64,000 bases of DNA from Octopus sinensis (lineage: Eukaryota), in contig NC_043010.1 of the NCBI RefSeq assembly GCF_006345805.1, positions 14,446,001 through 14,510,000 of the forward strand, read 5' to 3'. Below, one piece after another: positions 1 through 13,077 of this stretch. Position numbers and translations under genes: made by a program. Within the stretch, counting starts at the first letter, position 1. Every line of letters starts with the position of its first letter. The notes under the pieces are model-generated. The model saw only the letters and a program-made list of their open reading frames with translations. It searched no databases and was not told where the DNA came from.

Positions 1-326
1 CAACTTCCACCACTACTTTTACTAATGCTACTACTTCTGCTACAATTGTTACTACCATTGCTACTACCTCTACAACTACTATTATATTTATAATACTACT
101 ACTATTAACTACAATTGCAACTGCTATTACTACTACCACTATATCTATTTCTGTAGCCGCATTTGATAATTGTTCAATGTTTTCTAACCTTCAGGAAAAT
201 CAAAGTATGGGACCTTGCTGCAGCCCTGGATCCTCGAGCACCTGCTGGCACTTTGTGTCTTAGAACTCTTGTGGTGAGTATTTCTGTCTGGGTAATGTAA
301 TTTGGTGAGTTTGGAGGGTTTGTTGT

Positions 327-553
327 TTAACCCTTTGGTGTTTAAGCCGACCATATCTGGCCCAAATATCCTACGTTTTACATTCAAACTGGCCATATCT
401 AGCGCCTCACACCTAACCTACATTGACATTCTAAGAATAAACTATCACACCATTGAAATTTCAAAGCTGTAAGATAATGTATGATTAATTCAAAACAATT
501 TGAGGGGGAAAAGTATTACATTTGACAGATTAATCTGAACACTAAAGGGTTAA
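327..553. mobile_element. piggyBac-like MITE
   Basis: TTAA-CCCTTT ... AAAGGG-TTAA termini; related copies at 12801-12992, 20938-21397 and 22845-23073. Confidence 0.65.
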
Positions 554-795
554 GGTTGAACGGAATGGCAAACAAAATGTAAGGTGAATAGAATGGGCTT
601 AGTGACCTATTCATCCTTGTCATCATATGTCGGTTTTCCATGCTAGCATGGGTTGGACGGTTTGACAGGAGTGGCCTAGGCTCCACGTCTGTTTTTGACA
701 TGGTTTCTATGGTCGGAATCACCTTCCTAATGCCAAACGCTTTACAGTGTGTACTGGGTGCTTTTATTCTGTACTAGTGTGGGTGTATTTATGTG

Positions 796-2620
796 GCACT
801 GATTTATGGTCCAATTCATTCCAAGTCATCGACTGGTTTAGCTCTGTTACTAATAAGAGGAGCACTAAGTTTATCCAGTTTGACATTTCTAGTTTTTATT
901 CATCCATCAACCCAATAGTACTTAATAAGGTACTTTGGCTTGCTCATAACAAAGCTGGTCTCACCAGGGAAGAAATTAATATAGTGCTGGCAGCCAGAAA
1001 ATCTATCATAAAGTTTGACAATAAGTTGTGGGTCCGTAAAGACACACCTGATGGTTTTGATGTTACTATGGGAAGTTCTGATTCAGCACTAGTAACTGAT
1101 TTAGTCTGTATATATATATACTTTTCGAACTGGCAGAACAGTTCCCAAACATAAACGGAGGTTTATATCGTGATGATTGTTTACTTTACCCTCAAAATGT
1201 TTCCAACCAAAAAGTACAAAAAGTTAAGAATAGTTTAGTTAAGTTTTTTCCGTAGAATGGGCTCAAACATCGTTTTTGATGATGATGTAACGAAGGCCAA
1301 CTTTTTAGATATTACACTTAACTTACACAACAACTCGTACTTCCCATACCACAAACCATCAACCAATCTTAAGTATATTAGCAAATTCAGTGATCATTTG
1401 CAATGAACTTAGTTAAGAATTTTCATGTAGGTTGTCTAAGTTATCTGCTAATGTTGACATTTTCAATGATAAAGCAGAATTTTATAACTCTGTCTCACTT
1501 AAATCAGGTTATACAGAGAAAGTTACCTACATTAATTCCATTCAATCTTATTCTACCTTTACTAATGGAGATACGAAATTTAGTTATAAGGATATAAACA
1601 ATATCAATTCTAATTTATATGCTAACACCAAGCAGAAGGGAGATAACCCTTATTTAATCCCCTATTTTCGTTCTAAAAGTAAATCTGTCTTTCCAAGATA
1701 GTTACACTAAAAATAATACTTCACATAATACTAACATTAATTTAACTAATACCATCCATCCCGCTAGAAATATTAATAACAAGGTTATTGTATCTGAAGT
1801 CAATTACAACAGAATCAAGTTTGTCAAGTAACTCTAAAATTAAAAATTCTATATACCAGTGTAAAATTACTTCTGGTAATGAAGTACTTTTTTTTATATA
1901 GGAAGCTCATCTTAGTTATCTAAAAGAATTTCTAATCATTACTCTACATTTAGGGATAGGAATAAACATAACAGTATAGGGCTTAGTAAATTAATTTGGT
2001 ATCTAAAAGACCACGATAAACAATTTTAGTTTGGTTGATTCTCTCAATCTCGATACCTTATGACAAAGGCAAAGGATTCTGTCTTCTCTGTAATTCTGAA
2101 CTATTTTTTAATTCTTTTTTCTTCTAAAAAATCCCCTTGTAAACACGGTTATAGAGCATGCATACTGATGTAAACATTGGCAGAAACACACCTTTAGTTC
2201 ATATAAGTGATATCTATCATTATATATAATTTAAACCCTGATTTTCTTCTTACGTTTCACACTCACTAGATACATTTTTTTTCCAAGTCTATATGGTTTT
2301 ATTTAATATACATATAGTTATATTTCTCATTTATTTGGGGTTTTTTCCCCTCCTCTTTCTATAGGCTAACTTTGATGTTATATCCTCAAACTTTTTTTTT
2401 TTTTTAAACAAACGTAATAGCATTTAGTTATTCACTATACATATCCATCATTTTCTGTTAAAATTGTTTTATTGACGAGTTTCATTTCTTCATTTCCCTG
2501 AAGAGAAGATTACATTGTTTTACACCATTTTAGTCCTTTGGAATAATACCAGTGATATATTCGAAACATGTGTCAGAAGTAAGAATCTGAACAACACCTG
2601 CATTTAACTCCATTTATATA
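796..2620 (+). mobile_element. Decayed Penelope-like element (Naiad-like RT + GIY-YIG) with 3' pLTR, intronic
   Basis: RT motifs QFDISSFYSSI, FDVTMGSSD, GLYRDD, NFLDITLNL; endonuclease remnants FYIGSS..R.SNHYSTF, LSKLIWYLKD, PY..CLLCNSE across frameshifts and stops; hammerhead core in the 3' region. Confidence 0.85.
2493..2579 (+). ncRNA. Type I hammerhead ribozyme in the Penelope pLTR (partly degenerate)
   Basis: CTGAAGA (2498), stem II gaagat/atattc, GAAA (2563), palindromic ACATGT helix III, GTC site; stem I tttcc/agaag has a mismatch next to the core. Confidence 0.7.
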
Positions 2621-2648
2621 TATATATATATGTATATATATACATATA

Positions 2649-2775
2649 CAGGGTGTCCACAAAGTCTGGGTACATGGGGATTAACACATACTTTAAGAAA
2701 TTATTATTTCTTATATTTAATTGTTTATGTTATGATTTTATTTACTCCGTGTACCCAGACTTTGTGGACACCCTG
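2649..2775. mobile_element. Tc1/mariner-type MITE
   Basis: 29-bp TIRs CAGGGTGTCCACAAAGTCTGGGTACAYGG (28/29 identical), flanked by TA. Confidence 0.85.
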
Positions 2776-2801
2776 TATATTTGTATATGTATGTGTGTAT
2801 G

Positions 2802-2850
<49 letters not shown>

Positions 2851-2915
2851 CTACGTGTGTACCGTTGGCAATTTTTTTTTCCTCCGTCTTCCCTTCTCTG
2901 GATCTTTCCTTCTAT

Positions 2916-2950
2916 GTTTCTGACGAAGAGCTCCGCTCGAAACGTTAAAC
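2916..2950 (+). ncRNA. Minimal type I hammerhead ribozyme in a solo pLTR-like element (2850-3041)
   Basis: gttt CTGACGA a gagc-tcc-gctc GAAA cg T T aaac: stem I GTTT/AAAC, stem II GAGC/GCTC, palindromic ACGT helix III, one extra core nucleotide. Element lies between (TG)n and (TA)n. Confidence 0.7.
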
Positions 2951-3036
2951 CCTCCTTCTTTCCTGAGCGTCCAATAATAGTATATTTGTTCCACGTCCTT
3001 GCGTTGTGTTTTTTTTCTGCTTTCATGTTTGGATTA

Positions 3037-3072
<36 letters not shown>

Positions 3073-3179
3073 TGTTTTTTTCCTAACATTTTTAATAAAT
3101 TCATTCTCTTATATTTCTCTTCTTCTTCACAACATTGCTTCATTTCTCTTTCATTCTCTTCTGTGTTTTGTCTCTCCAG

Positions 3180-3338
3180 GAACATTCCGGACGTGTGTTT
3201 CGTTTACAGTTTGATGAGTTCCAGATAGTCAGCAGTAGTCATGACGACACCATCCTAATATGGGACTTTCTCAATGTGTCCATCCCGGAAGGTCAAGCCC
3301 GCTCTCCGCTCAGGACGTACACCTATGTGTCCAAGTGA
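3180..3338 (+). CDS. BTRC: Terminal coding exon of beta-TrCP/slimb F-box WD40 protein
   Basis: Long polypyrimidine tract and ctctccAG acceptor (AG 3178-3179). Phase-0 exon [52 protein letters not shown] matches the last WD40 repeat and C-terminal tail of BTRC/FBXW11. Upstream exons lie outside the window. Confidence 0.95.
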   Translation, partial: EHSGRVFRLQFDEFQIVSSSHDDTILIWDFLNVSIPEGQARSPLRTYTYVSK

Positions 3339-3670
3339 TGATACTATTACAACAGGTTTCCCCACCAACTGTCGCTGCTACAATAACAACAACAGCAACA
3401 ACAACAACAACTGCTACTATTATTATTGTTACAACTACTATTACCACCACCACCATCACCACCACGACAACCACCACGTTGTAAGATCATCACCACTGCT
3501 TTAAAATATCACCAGGAACCACCTCCACCACCATTACTACTAATATTAATATTACAACTATTACTATTGCTACTGCTACCACCACTAATGCAGCTGTTAC
3601 TGTTGCGACTTTGTAGTGGCAGTGGTAGTGGTGGTGGTTGTGGTGGTGGTGGTGGTTGTAGAGGTTAACA
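3339..3670 (+). repeat. Trinucleotide repeats (CAA, CAC, TAC, GGT) at the start of the presumed beta-TrCP 3' UTR
   Basis: Directly follows the stop codon; the (CAC)n and (GGT)n blocks are mutually complementary. Confidence 0.7.
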
Positions 3671-3756
3671 TTGTTGGAATGTGAACTGTTATTGCCACCA
3701 CAAGCCACTTCCCTCACTTGACATGAGGTAGCACCAAGGTTTAAACCTTAGGTGGG

Positions 3757-3796
<40 letters not shown>

Positions 3797-4127
3797 GGAA
3801 CAAAGTAAAGTGGTTGTCCGTTTTTTTTTTTTTTTGTTTGTTTTGGTTGGATGTGTGGTGAAACAGACCTTTCCTCTACCAAGTTGTTTGTTTAGTTGTT
3901 TACTGGGTTATGAAAAAGTCTTTTTTCTCTGAGTATGTACACACACACACACACATACTAAATAAATATAAATATATATATATAAATATATAAGTACACA
4001 CACGTGATATACATACTTGAATGTACATATGTAATTACATGTAATATATATATATGTGTATATATATATATATATACATACATACACACATATACATATA
4101 CATACTTGTGTGTGTGTATACATATAC

Positions 4128-4380
4128 ACATACCTACTACATTTAAATTGTTACATTGGGTAATATACATACATGCATACACACACATATACATACTCGT
4201 GTGTGTGTGTGTATATGTGTGTGTATACATATACACATACCTACTACATTTAAATTGTTACATTGGGTAATATACATACATGCATACACACATATACATA
4301 TACATACTCGTGTGTGTGTGTATATATGTGCGTGTATACATATACACATACCTACTACATTTGAATTGTTACATTGGGTA
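4128..4380. repeat. Tandem triplication, unit about 108 bp
   Basis: acatacctactacatttaaattgttacattggg recurs near 4128, 4235 and 4345. Confidence 0.8.
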
Positions 4381-5043
4381 CTTTTACTGCACCAAATGTG
4401 CAAAGAACTTTTAAAAGTGCCAGCAACACTATAAAAAAGCACCAGCTGTACAGCAGCAAGAGAGAAACTGATGCGCTGAGAAATGTAAAGTGTTTGTGAC
4501 AACCCCCGACAACCCTTCCTGATACCACCTTCCACACACACACACACACACACATGCACAAACACATACAGACACACACTATCACACACTCCAAGTCCTC
4601 TTGCTTCATAGTCCTGCCTATTACCGTAATAAAAGTGAAGTAGGTGGCTGGAGTGGGTGACGAAGGGTGGGGAGTATTTGAAGAGACATTGGACATGTGT
4701 TTGTTCTCCAGCTGACAATCCACTTGCAGAGTTGGCCACATTTGTGGTTCTGACCGGGGAAGGGATGTCACTCCGTCTGCTGCTTTTAAAAATTTTTTTT
4801 TTTTTTTTAATTAATTAATTAATTAATTTTCTTCTAATGCTTTTAGCTATCTACTGCAACATAAACTTTTTAGCATCATCATGGGCCTCTTATTTTATAC
4901 ATACATGCAGGTGGATGTGTGTGCATGCATGATGGGGAGGTGTTGTGTATATATATGCATATATCTTTATGCATAGCCATCTGAACCCCTTCTCTCATTT
5001 ATGTATATAAATGGGGTAGATGTGATTATCTACCTTTTGTATA

Positions 5044-5074
<31 letters not shown>

Positions 5075-5200
5075 TCTTATAATTTACAGATGTATGTTTG
5101 TGTGACTGTATATACACATATATACAAACACCACACACTCATATACCTATGTGTGCACATATATATATATGTATATATATATATACATACACATATATAT

Positions 5201-5242
<42 letters not shown>

Positions 5243-5317
5243 CTTATAATTTACAGATGTATGTTTGTGTGTGACTGTATATATACAAACACCACACACT
5301 CATATACCTATGTGTGC

Positions 5318-5350
<33 letters not shown>

Positions 5351-6016
5351 TATATGCACACTCACATGAACACATATATACATGCATGTCAATATTGTGC
5401 TTTCATTGCAAGTTGTCATGCATACGTGTATATTTAGAGCATGTCTGTGCATATGTATATATTTTTCTGTATAGATATGCACACTGAGTGTGTGTGTGTG
5501 TGTCACATTGGTTGCCATAGTTTAGCTGTATTGTCACACTTAAGCTTGGTTCCATTCAGATTATAGTAAGGTATACAGGCTTTTTTCTATTTATGCTTCT
5601 AGTTGAATGTGTGTATGTAAATGTGTGTGTATATATATAATATATCTATGTATATTTATATATAATATTCACACGCACAGTGTACATTTTATATTATGTA
5701 TACATTTGCATGTGTGTGTGTCTGTATATATGTATATATTTTTAATGTTTTAATTTTTTGTTCTTGGTACAGCAGATAACATGTACAAGATATCTAAGAG
5801 TGTGGTTATATGTGTGTATGTATATATATATTATATATATATGTTTTACACTCTAAAGCTAGTGTTAATAATTTGTTTTATTTTCAATTTTTTTTTTATT
5901 TTGTATTGTAAGTGAGGGAGTGTGAAGATCAGTAGGGCCCAGCCCCAATTTTGGTTTTATACTAAATTCTGCCTTTTCTCTTCCTCTTTTACCATATAGT
6001 TAACTGGTTTACTTGG

Positions 6017-6067
<51 letters not shown>

Positions 6068-7080
6068 CACACACACATACACACTTACATACATATATAC
6101 ATACAAATTACCACTACGGTTTTCGCTTTGCTGATATTTACACATTTACTGAAAAATTGAACAAATTTTTTTTTCCGATGTATATAGTGAAGATATTGAA
6201 TAGAATGTTACAAATAGACTGGCTGGCAGAATATAAAAGAAAGATATTATTTGAAAGAAGTACATATCCTTTTTTTTTTTTTTTTCTCTACTGTGTATTG
6301 TTTATAAAAGGAACTTGGCAGTCTAAAATGAAATTTAAAACCAAAACAAAAACAAAAAAAAAATTGGATAAAGATGTGATTTTGAAAATATGAAAATTGG
6401 GTTCATATATGTTAAAAAAAAAAAAAAACAGAACCCAGAAATTATCGGTCGTTACACTAAATTTTTGATGCAGAATTTTATATTAGCAACAAGTTAATTA
6501 ATAGGCAACATGTAATTAATGGGAGTATTTTATTTCTAGCTGTTTTTTTTCCTTTTTTTTTTTTTTTTTTCGTTTTTTTGAATATCTTAGTTTTTGATAG
6601 AAGTCACTTCATGGATATGCTTACCCAAGTTTCTACACAGTCGTTTGGCTTGTTAGAAATAGGGGACAAATCTTCTTCAAATCACAAACGTTCATAGAAA
6701 ACAAAAAGGACACATCAGATACTGTAGTGTTTACATCGCCCTCCTTAATTTCTTTTTAAATGCCTTTAAACAAAAGTCTGTTCGTTTAGAACTTAGCAAC
6801 AACGTCGTTTCTTATTTTGCATTAACATCTTTGTCCAATTTCAATTAAGTTTTTATTTCATTTCATTTTCAAGTACTGTAATTTTTTTTATGTATCTTTG
6901 TAAAGTTACTTTTTACTGAGTTAGCGCTAAAAAAAAATTGTGCATGTGTGTATGCGAGAGTGACATATGCAGCTTTTGAATAATGTTTTGATGTTATATA
7001 CTCCCAGCCAATTAGTACATGATGTTTTATTCAAAATCTTCTTTATACATTCAACAAAATTATTCTGTTCCTTTTTCAAT

Positions 7081-7122
7081 AATTGTCTGAAGATTGGCAA
7101 TGAGAAACTCGAAGTCACAATT
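7081..7122 (+). ncRNA. Type I hammerhead ribozyme in a solo Naiad-like pLTR (about 6930-7215)
   Basis: aattgt CTGAAGA ttg-gcaa-tga GAAA ctcgaa GTC acaatt: perfect 6-bp stem I, GNRA-capped stem II, GUC site. Downstream tgagtactcttttt..cttgttt is shared with the pLTR at 36089-36240. Confidence 0.85.
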
Positions 7123-7561
7123 TGTGAAGATTTAGTTTCCAATAAAATATAAATAAATCCTATATTACTGAGTACTCTTTTTTTCTCTCTTGTTTAATAT
7201 GAAGTGTGTGTGTATGTATATATAGTATGCAGTTCTCTAAGTTTACATGTATTTATCTTTCTATCTAGTGTATGTGTGTGTATGCTGTCTTCTGTATAAA
7301 TGCAAACTAATTACCCACTGCTTAGCACTTCTACTCTATATTTTATTTACGTCAAGCCATCAATCAGTGCTGTCATCATCTGATTTGTTCACTTTCTTAT
7401 GCTGCATGGATTGGATGGGTTATCACTGTCCAGGGTCTGTTCTTATTTGGAGTCAGAGCCTTCCTAGTTGGGATGGGATTGCATTTCATTTTTGGGGCAT
7501 AATTTCTATTGATAATACCACAGCTGATGTGTGGATGGGTGGGTATTTATATATTTCAAAA

Positions 7562-7800
7562 GGCGGCGAGCTGGCAGAAACGTTAGCATGCTGGGCGAAA
7601 TGCGTAGCCGTATATTGTCTGCCGCTACGTTGTGAGTTCAAATTCTGCCATGGTTGACTTTGCCTTTCGTCCTTTCGGGGTCGATAAATTAAGTACCAGT
7701 TACACGGCTGGGGGCCGATGTAATCGACTTAATACCTATGTCTGTCCTTGTTTGTCCCCTCTATGTTTAGCCCCTTGTGGGTAATAAAGAAATGGGTATT
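7562..7800 (+). mobile_element. tRNA-derived SINE, family B
   Basis: A-box-like GCTGGCAGAAACG, B-box GAGTTCAAAT, central gcctttcatcctttcggggtcgataaattaagtaccag. Copies at 14528-14762(-), 21132-21370(-), 23893-24790(-, interrupted), 25606-25827(+), 62397-62622(+). Confidence 0.85.
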
Positions 7801-8561
7801 TATATAACATTAACCTTATTTTTAATGTCCACTTTCCATGCTAGCATGTGTTGGATGAGTCTCCACAATCCAAGTCATTTCCTATTGGTGTTATTGCTCT
7901 ACTAGATGAATCAACACTATATCTCACTGAAACCATTGTTTTTGACACAGCTTCTCTGGTTAGCTGCCCTTCTAAAAAAAACAACCACTTTACAATGTGT
8001 ATAAGGTGCATATAATTGTGGCACCAGCAATGGAGAGACTGCTTTATGCCGAGACAGACCAAAGAGTCTGCTTCACTCGGGTGTCTTTGTTTACTATCCG
8101 TTTAGCGGCATATCTTGGATGCATTTACTGTAGCACCAGCATCAGAGAAGTTGCCTTGTTCCCTTTCAAGACCAGTGGCTACCGTAGGTTAATTCCATTT
8201 AATTAAGGGAATGTGATGAAGATGAAAAGAGTGAGGACAGAAGCTGCTGAAACACAAGTGGATGAACCGTACAAGAGTATGGAGAGAAGCATATTGGTGT
8301 GATGGGCATGGTAGGAGGTGAGTGACAGAATAGTGACTAGGATGGGTTTGGTCTTGGAGGAAGGAAAGACGGAAGTGATACAATGCTTGAGTGAGAGTAT
8401 GACGGGCAAAATATGAGAGGAAGAGGGTGAGTAGTAGAAAATAAGGTTAGAGATATGAGATATCATCAAAGATGTGAAGAGGGTGGCTGCTTGGAAGAGC
8501 AGCAGGGATACATATTGAGAAATAGTCCAAAATGGGGAGATAAATGAATGAATGTGTGTGA

Positions 8562-8745
8562 GTCGTTTAACGTCCGCTTTCCATGCTAGCATGGGTTGGA
8601 CGATTTTGACTGAGGACTTGCGAACCAGAAGGCTGCACCAGGCTCCAATCTTGATTTGGCAGAGTTTCTACAGCTGGATGCTCTTCCTAACGCCAACCAC
8701 TCCGAGAGTGTAGTGGGTGCTTTTTACGTGCCACCGCCAGGGTGC
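8562..8745 (-). mobile_element. SINE family D (3' end aacccatgctagcatggaaagcggacgttaaac, (GAT)n tail)
   Basis: Same body and 3' end at 610-790(-), 11280-11731(+) and 13650-13705(-). Confidence 0.75.
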
Positions 8746-8799
8746 CAGTCAGACGGTGCTGGCAATGACCTCTTTCGAATCCTTTAACAAACACACACG

Positions 8800-8839
<40 letters not shown>

Positions 8840-9299
8840 GATGCACATTGTATCTATATTGCTCGTGTACATATTACACGTCTTTGCGTGTGTGCAGATG
8901 TTATGTGATAAGTTTGCTCCCCAAATGAAGATTCTGGGTTCAATCCCTCTATACTGCACTTCAGTTTTACTTTAACTCCCCAGTCAACCAAATCCTTGAG
9001 AGTGGATTTGGTAGATGGAAACTGAAAGTTTGTTGTATGTATATGGGTGTGTGTGTGTGTGTATATATGTATGTTTTTGAATGTGCTTTAGTGTCTCCTT
9101 ATTGCGTAATAGTTGCAAACCAGTGTCCTTCCTTTCTAGTCGTCTGTGAAAACCTCTTGTTATGGGGAAATAATACCTTACGTGGAAGCAAGTGAGGGTT
9201 GGCAACAGGAAGGACATTTGGCTATAGAAAATTTGCCTTGACAAATTCCAGACCCATGCATACATTGAAAAGTGGATATTAAAATGATGTTGATGTACA

Positions 9300-9338
9300 C
9301 AAATTGTGTGTGTGGATATATATATATATGTATGTATG

Positions 9339-9373
<35 letters not shown>

Positions 9374-10825
9374 ATATGTATGTATGTATATATGTGTGTA
9401 TGTATATATGTGTGTATGTATATATGTGTGTATGTATATATATATGTGTGTATATATATGTATGTATCTATATGTATGTATATATATATGTATGTATCTA
9501 TATGTATGTATATATATGTGTATGTATCTATATATATGTATGTATCTATATGTATGTATCTATATGTATGTATATATATGTGTATGTATCTATATATATG
9601 TGTATATATGTATATATATATATGTATGTATCTATATATATGTGTATATATGTATATATATGTATGTATCTATATATATGTGTATAAATGTATATATATG
9701 TATGTATCTATATATATGTGTATAAATGTATATATATGTATGTATCTATATATATGTGTATAAATGTATATATATGTATGTATCTATATATGTGTATATA
9801 TGTATGTATCTATATATATGTGTATATATATATGTGTATATATGTATATATATATATGTATGTATCTATATATATGTGTATATATGTATATATATATATG
9901 TATGTATCTATATATATATGTATGTATCTATATATATGTGTATATATGTATATATATATATGTATGTATCTGTATATATGTGTATATATGCGTGTATATA
10001 TGAATATATGTATATATATATGTATCTATATATGCGTGTATATATGAATATATGTATATATATATGTATCTATATATGTGTGTATATATGAATATATGTA
10101 TATATATATGTATCTATATATGTGTGTATATATGAATATATATATATGTATGTATCTATATATGTGTGTATATATGAATATATATATATGTATGTATCTA
10201 TATATGTGTGTATATATGAATATATATATATGTATGTATCTATATGTGTGTATATATGAATATATATATATGTATGTATCTATATATGTGTGTATATATG
10301 AATATATATATATGTATGTATCTATATATGTGTGTATATATGAATATATATATATGTATGTATCTATATATGTGTGTATATATGAATATATATATATGTA
10401 TGTATCTATATATGTGTGTATATATGAATATATATATATGTATGTATCTATATATGTGTGTATATATGAATATACATATATGTATGTATCTATATATGTG
10501 TGTATATATGTATATACATATATGTATGTATCTATATATGTGTGTATATATGTATATATATATATATATGTATGTATCTATATATGTGTGTATATATGAA
10601 TATATATATGTATGTATCTATATATGTGTGTATATATGAATATATATATGTATGTATCTATATGTGTGTATATATGAATATATATATATATGTGTATATA
10701 TGAATATATATATATATATATATGTATGTATCTATATATGTGTGTATATATGAATATATATATGTATCTATATATATGTGTATATATGTATATATATATA
10801 TGTATGTGTGTATATATATATATAA
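9300..10825. repeat. 1.5-kb compound TA/TG microsatellite with a higher-order unit of about 42 bp
   Basis: Recurrent atgtatgtatctatatatgtgtgtatatatgaatatatat; the C/I/M/V/Y-rich ORFs here are artefacts. Confidence 0.95.
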
Positions 10826-11375
10826 TTATCTAATGCATGTTTTGGATTGCTGGTATTGATTAGCTTGTGAGCCAGAAGACTGCACAAAGCTCCAATGTTT
10901 GCTTTGGCATGGTTTAGAAGCTGGATGCCCTCCCTAATGCCAATCACTTTATAGAGTATACTGGGTACTTTTTACATGGAACTGGACCAGTGTTGTCACC
11001 AAGTAATTTGTGAAAGACAAAACCCTCTGCAGAGGAGGTGTGGCATTGAGGGACTGGCTTTTTGCCAAGTGATGATGAGAGGTTAAAGTATGCTAGAGGG
11101 GCAGGTACAGGTGCCTTGTTGTAGAGGAAATACATGGGTACCACAATTGGAAGAGTAAGACGTGTTGGGGCAAGCACTCGAGTTACAGAAATGTGAATAC
11201 AAGAGAAGCAATACAGAGGATTGGACAGGGTAGGTAAGTTTGTAAGAGTGTGGCTTAATTGCTTTTCTTTTTTTTTTCTGGAGTGTGGCACGTAAAAAGC
11301 ACCCACTACACTCACAGAGTGGTTGGCGTTACGAAGGGCATCCAGCCATAGAAACTCTGCCAGATCAGACGGGGT

Positions 11376-11731
11376 CTGGTGCAGCCTTCTGGCTTCCCAG
11401 ACCCCAGTTGAACCGTCCAACCCATGCTAGCATGGAAATCGGATGCTAAATGATGAGAGGCCTGGTGCAGCCTTCTGGCTTCCCAGACCCCAGTTGAACC
11501 TCCCAACCCATGCTAGCATGGAAAGCGGACGCTAAATGATGAGGGGCCTGGTGCAGCCTTCTGGCTTCCCAGACCCCAGTTGAACCGTCCAACCCATGCT
11601 AGCATGGAAAGCGGACGCTAAAGGATGAGGGGCCTGGTGCAGCCTTCTGGCTTCCCAGACCCCAGTTGAACCATCCAACCCATGCTAGCATGGAAAGTGG
11701 ACGCTAAATGATGATGATGATGATGATGATG
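11376..11731 (+). repeat. Four tandem 86-bp copies of the SINE D 3' end
   Basis: ctggtgcagcc starts at 11376, 11462, 11548 and 11634; only the last unit has the long (GAT)n tail. Confidence 0.9.
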
Positions 11732-11734
11732 AGT

Positions 11735-12300
11735 GTCGTCTTTGCCCTTGTGCAGTCTATCATAATTAAGGATTGCCCTCGTTCTGTACTGCCTGACTAA
11801 CCACCCAAATGGATAGCACTTGTCCCACTTGACTGGATATTTTTCAACATCTCAGCAACTATCTCTGTTGGTCCTGTTGCTTTTCTTACTTTATTCCTGC
11901 CCTTTTTAGCTATATAACTGTCAACATCAATAGCTTTTCCCTCTGTTGGGCATATTTGTGGTTGTCCCTCTTCTTCCCATGCTTTCTCATTCAACAAAAT
12001 TCTCAGAGTACCATTTCTTGGTGTCAGTGAGATAGGTGCATTGCTAGCATTCTGTATACTTGTTTTCACCATTGATGTCTAGATTTACACAGACACTGCT
12101 TTGCAATCTGGGAAACCTCATATCTTTTGATCTGTCTATCCCAGAACATTGGTAAAGGTTTTCAACTTTACACTTTTCACCATGCTACACACACCTGACC
12201 TCTAACTTCTGTTGTGGGTACCTCATATTGTTCTTGGCTCCCCTACTTATTTCCAACCTTTCCAATTCGCCCCACTCTTTTTTTATAATTCTGTCTTGTG
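11735..12300 (-). pseudogene. Decayed RTE-clade LINE fragment
   Basis: LLNEKAWEEEG..KKGRNKVRKATGPTEIVAEMLK..HKGK resembles the region preceding RTE RT domains. Confidence 0.6.
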
Positions 12301-12319
12301 TGCCATTCTACTGGTATGT

Positions 12320-12704
12320 GGAGGCGCAATAGCCCAGTGGTTAGGGCAGCGGACTCGCGGTCATAGGATCGCGGTTTCGATACCCAGACTGGGCGTTGTG
12401 AGTGTTTATTGAGCGAAAACCCCTAAAGCTCCACGAGGCTCCGGCAGGGGGTGGTGGTGATCCCTACTGTACTCTTTCACCACAACTTTCTCTCACTCTT
12501 ACTTCCTGTTTCTGTTGTACCTGTATTTCAAAGGGCTGGCCTTGTCACATTCTGTGTCACACTGAATATCCCCGAGAACTACGTTAAGGGTACACGTGTC
12601 TGTGGAGTGCTCAGCCACTTACACGTTAATTTCAGGAGCAGGCTGTTCCGTTGATTCGGATCAACCGGAACCCTCGTCGTCATAACCGACGGAGTGCTTC
12701 CTCC
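12320..12704 (+). mobile_element. tRNA-derived SINE, family C, with 13-bp TSD
   Basis: A-box AGCCCAGTGG, B-box GTTTCGATAC; TSD tctactggtatgt at 12307-12319 and 12705-12717. Confidence 0.9.
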
Positions 12705-13027
12705 TCTACTGGTATGTCATCTTAGGTGTGGCTTGAGCCCTGCTTCAGTCCGATGGAAGTGACATGGTGGCATGGCACACCCATACACACATTGTTCCTC
12801 TTAACCCTTTAGCATTCCGGACTAATCTGTCAAATGTAATGCCTATTGATTCATATTGTTTTGAATTAACCATGCATTATCTTGTAAGTCTGAGACCCTG
12901 TCGGGTGAGTCTGGGAGGCTAGATCTGGCCTGTTTCAACATAAAACAGAATATAAGGACCAGATAAGGCCAGTTTAAATGCTAATAGGTTAACCATTCAC
13001 ACACATTTAGATACATAGCTGTGTGTG

Positions 13028-13077
<50 letters not shown>

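Noticed and set aside
9272-10703. Many long C/I/M/V/Y- or H/T-rich ORFs here and at 18.8k, 47k, 53k and 58k
   Set aside because: Translations of microsatellites.
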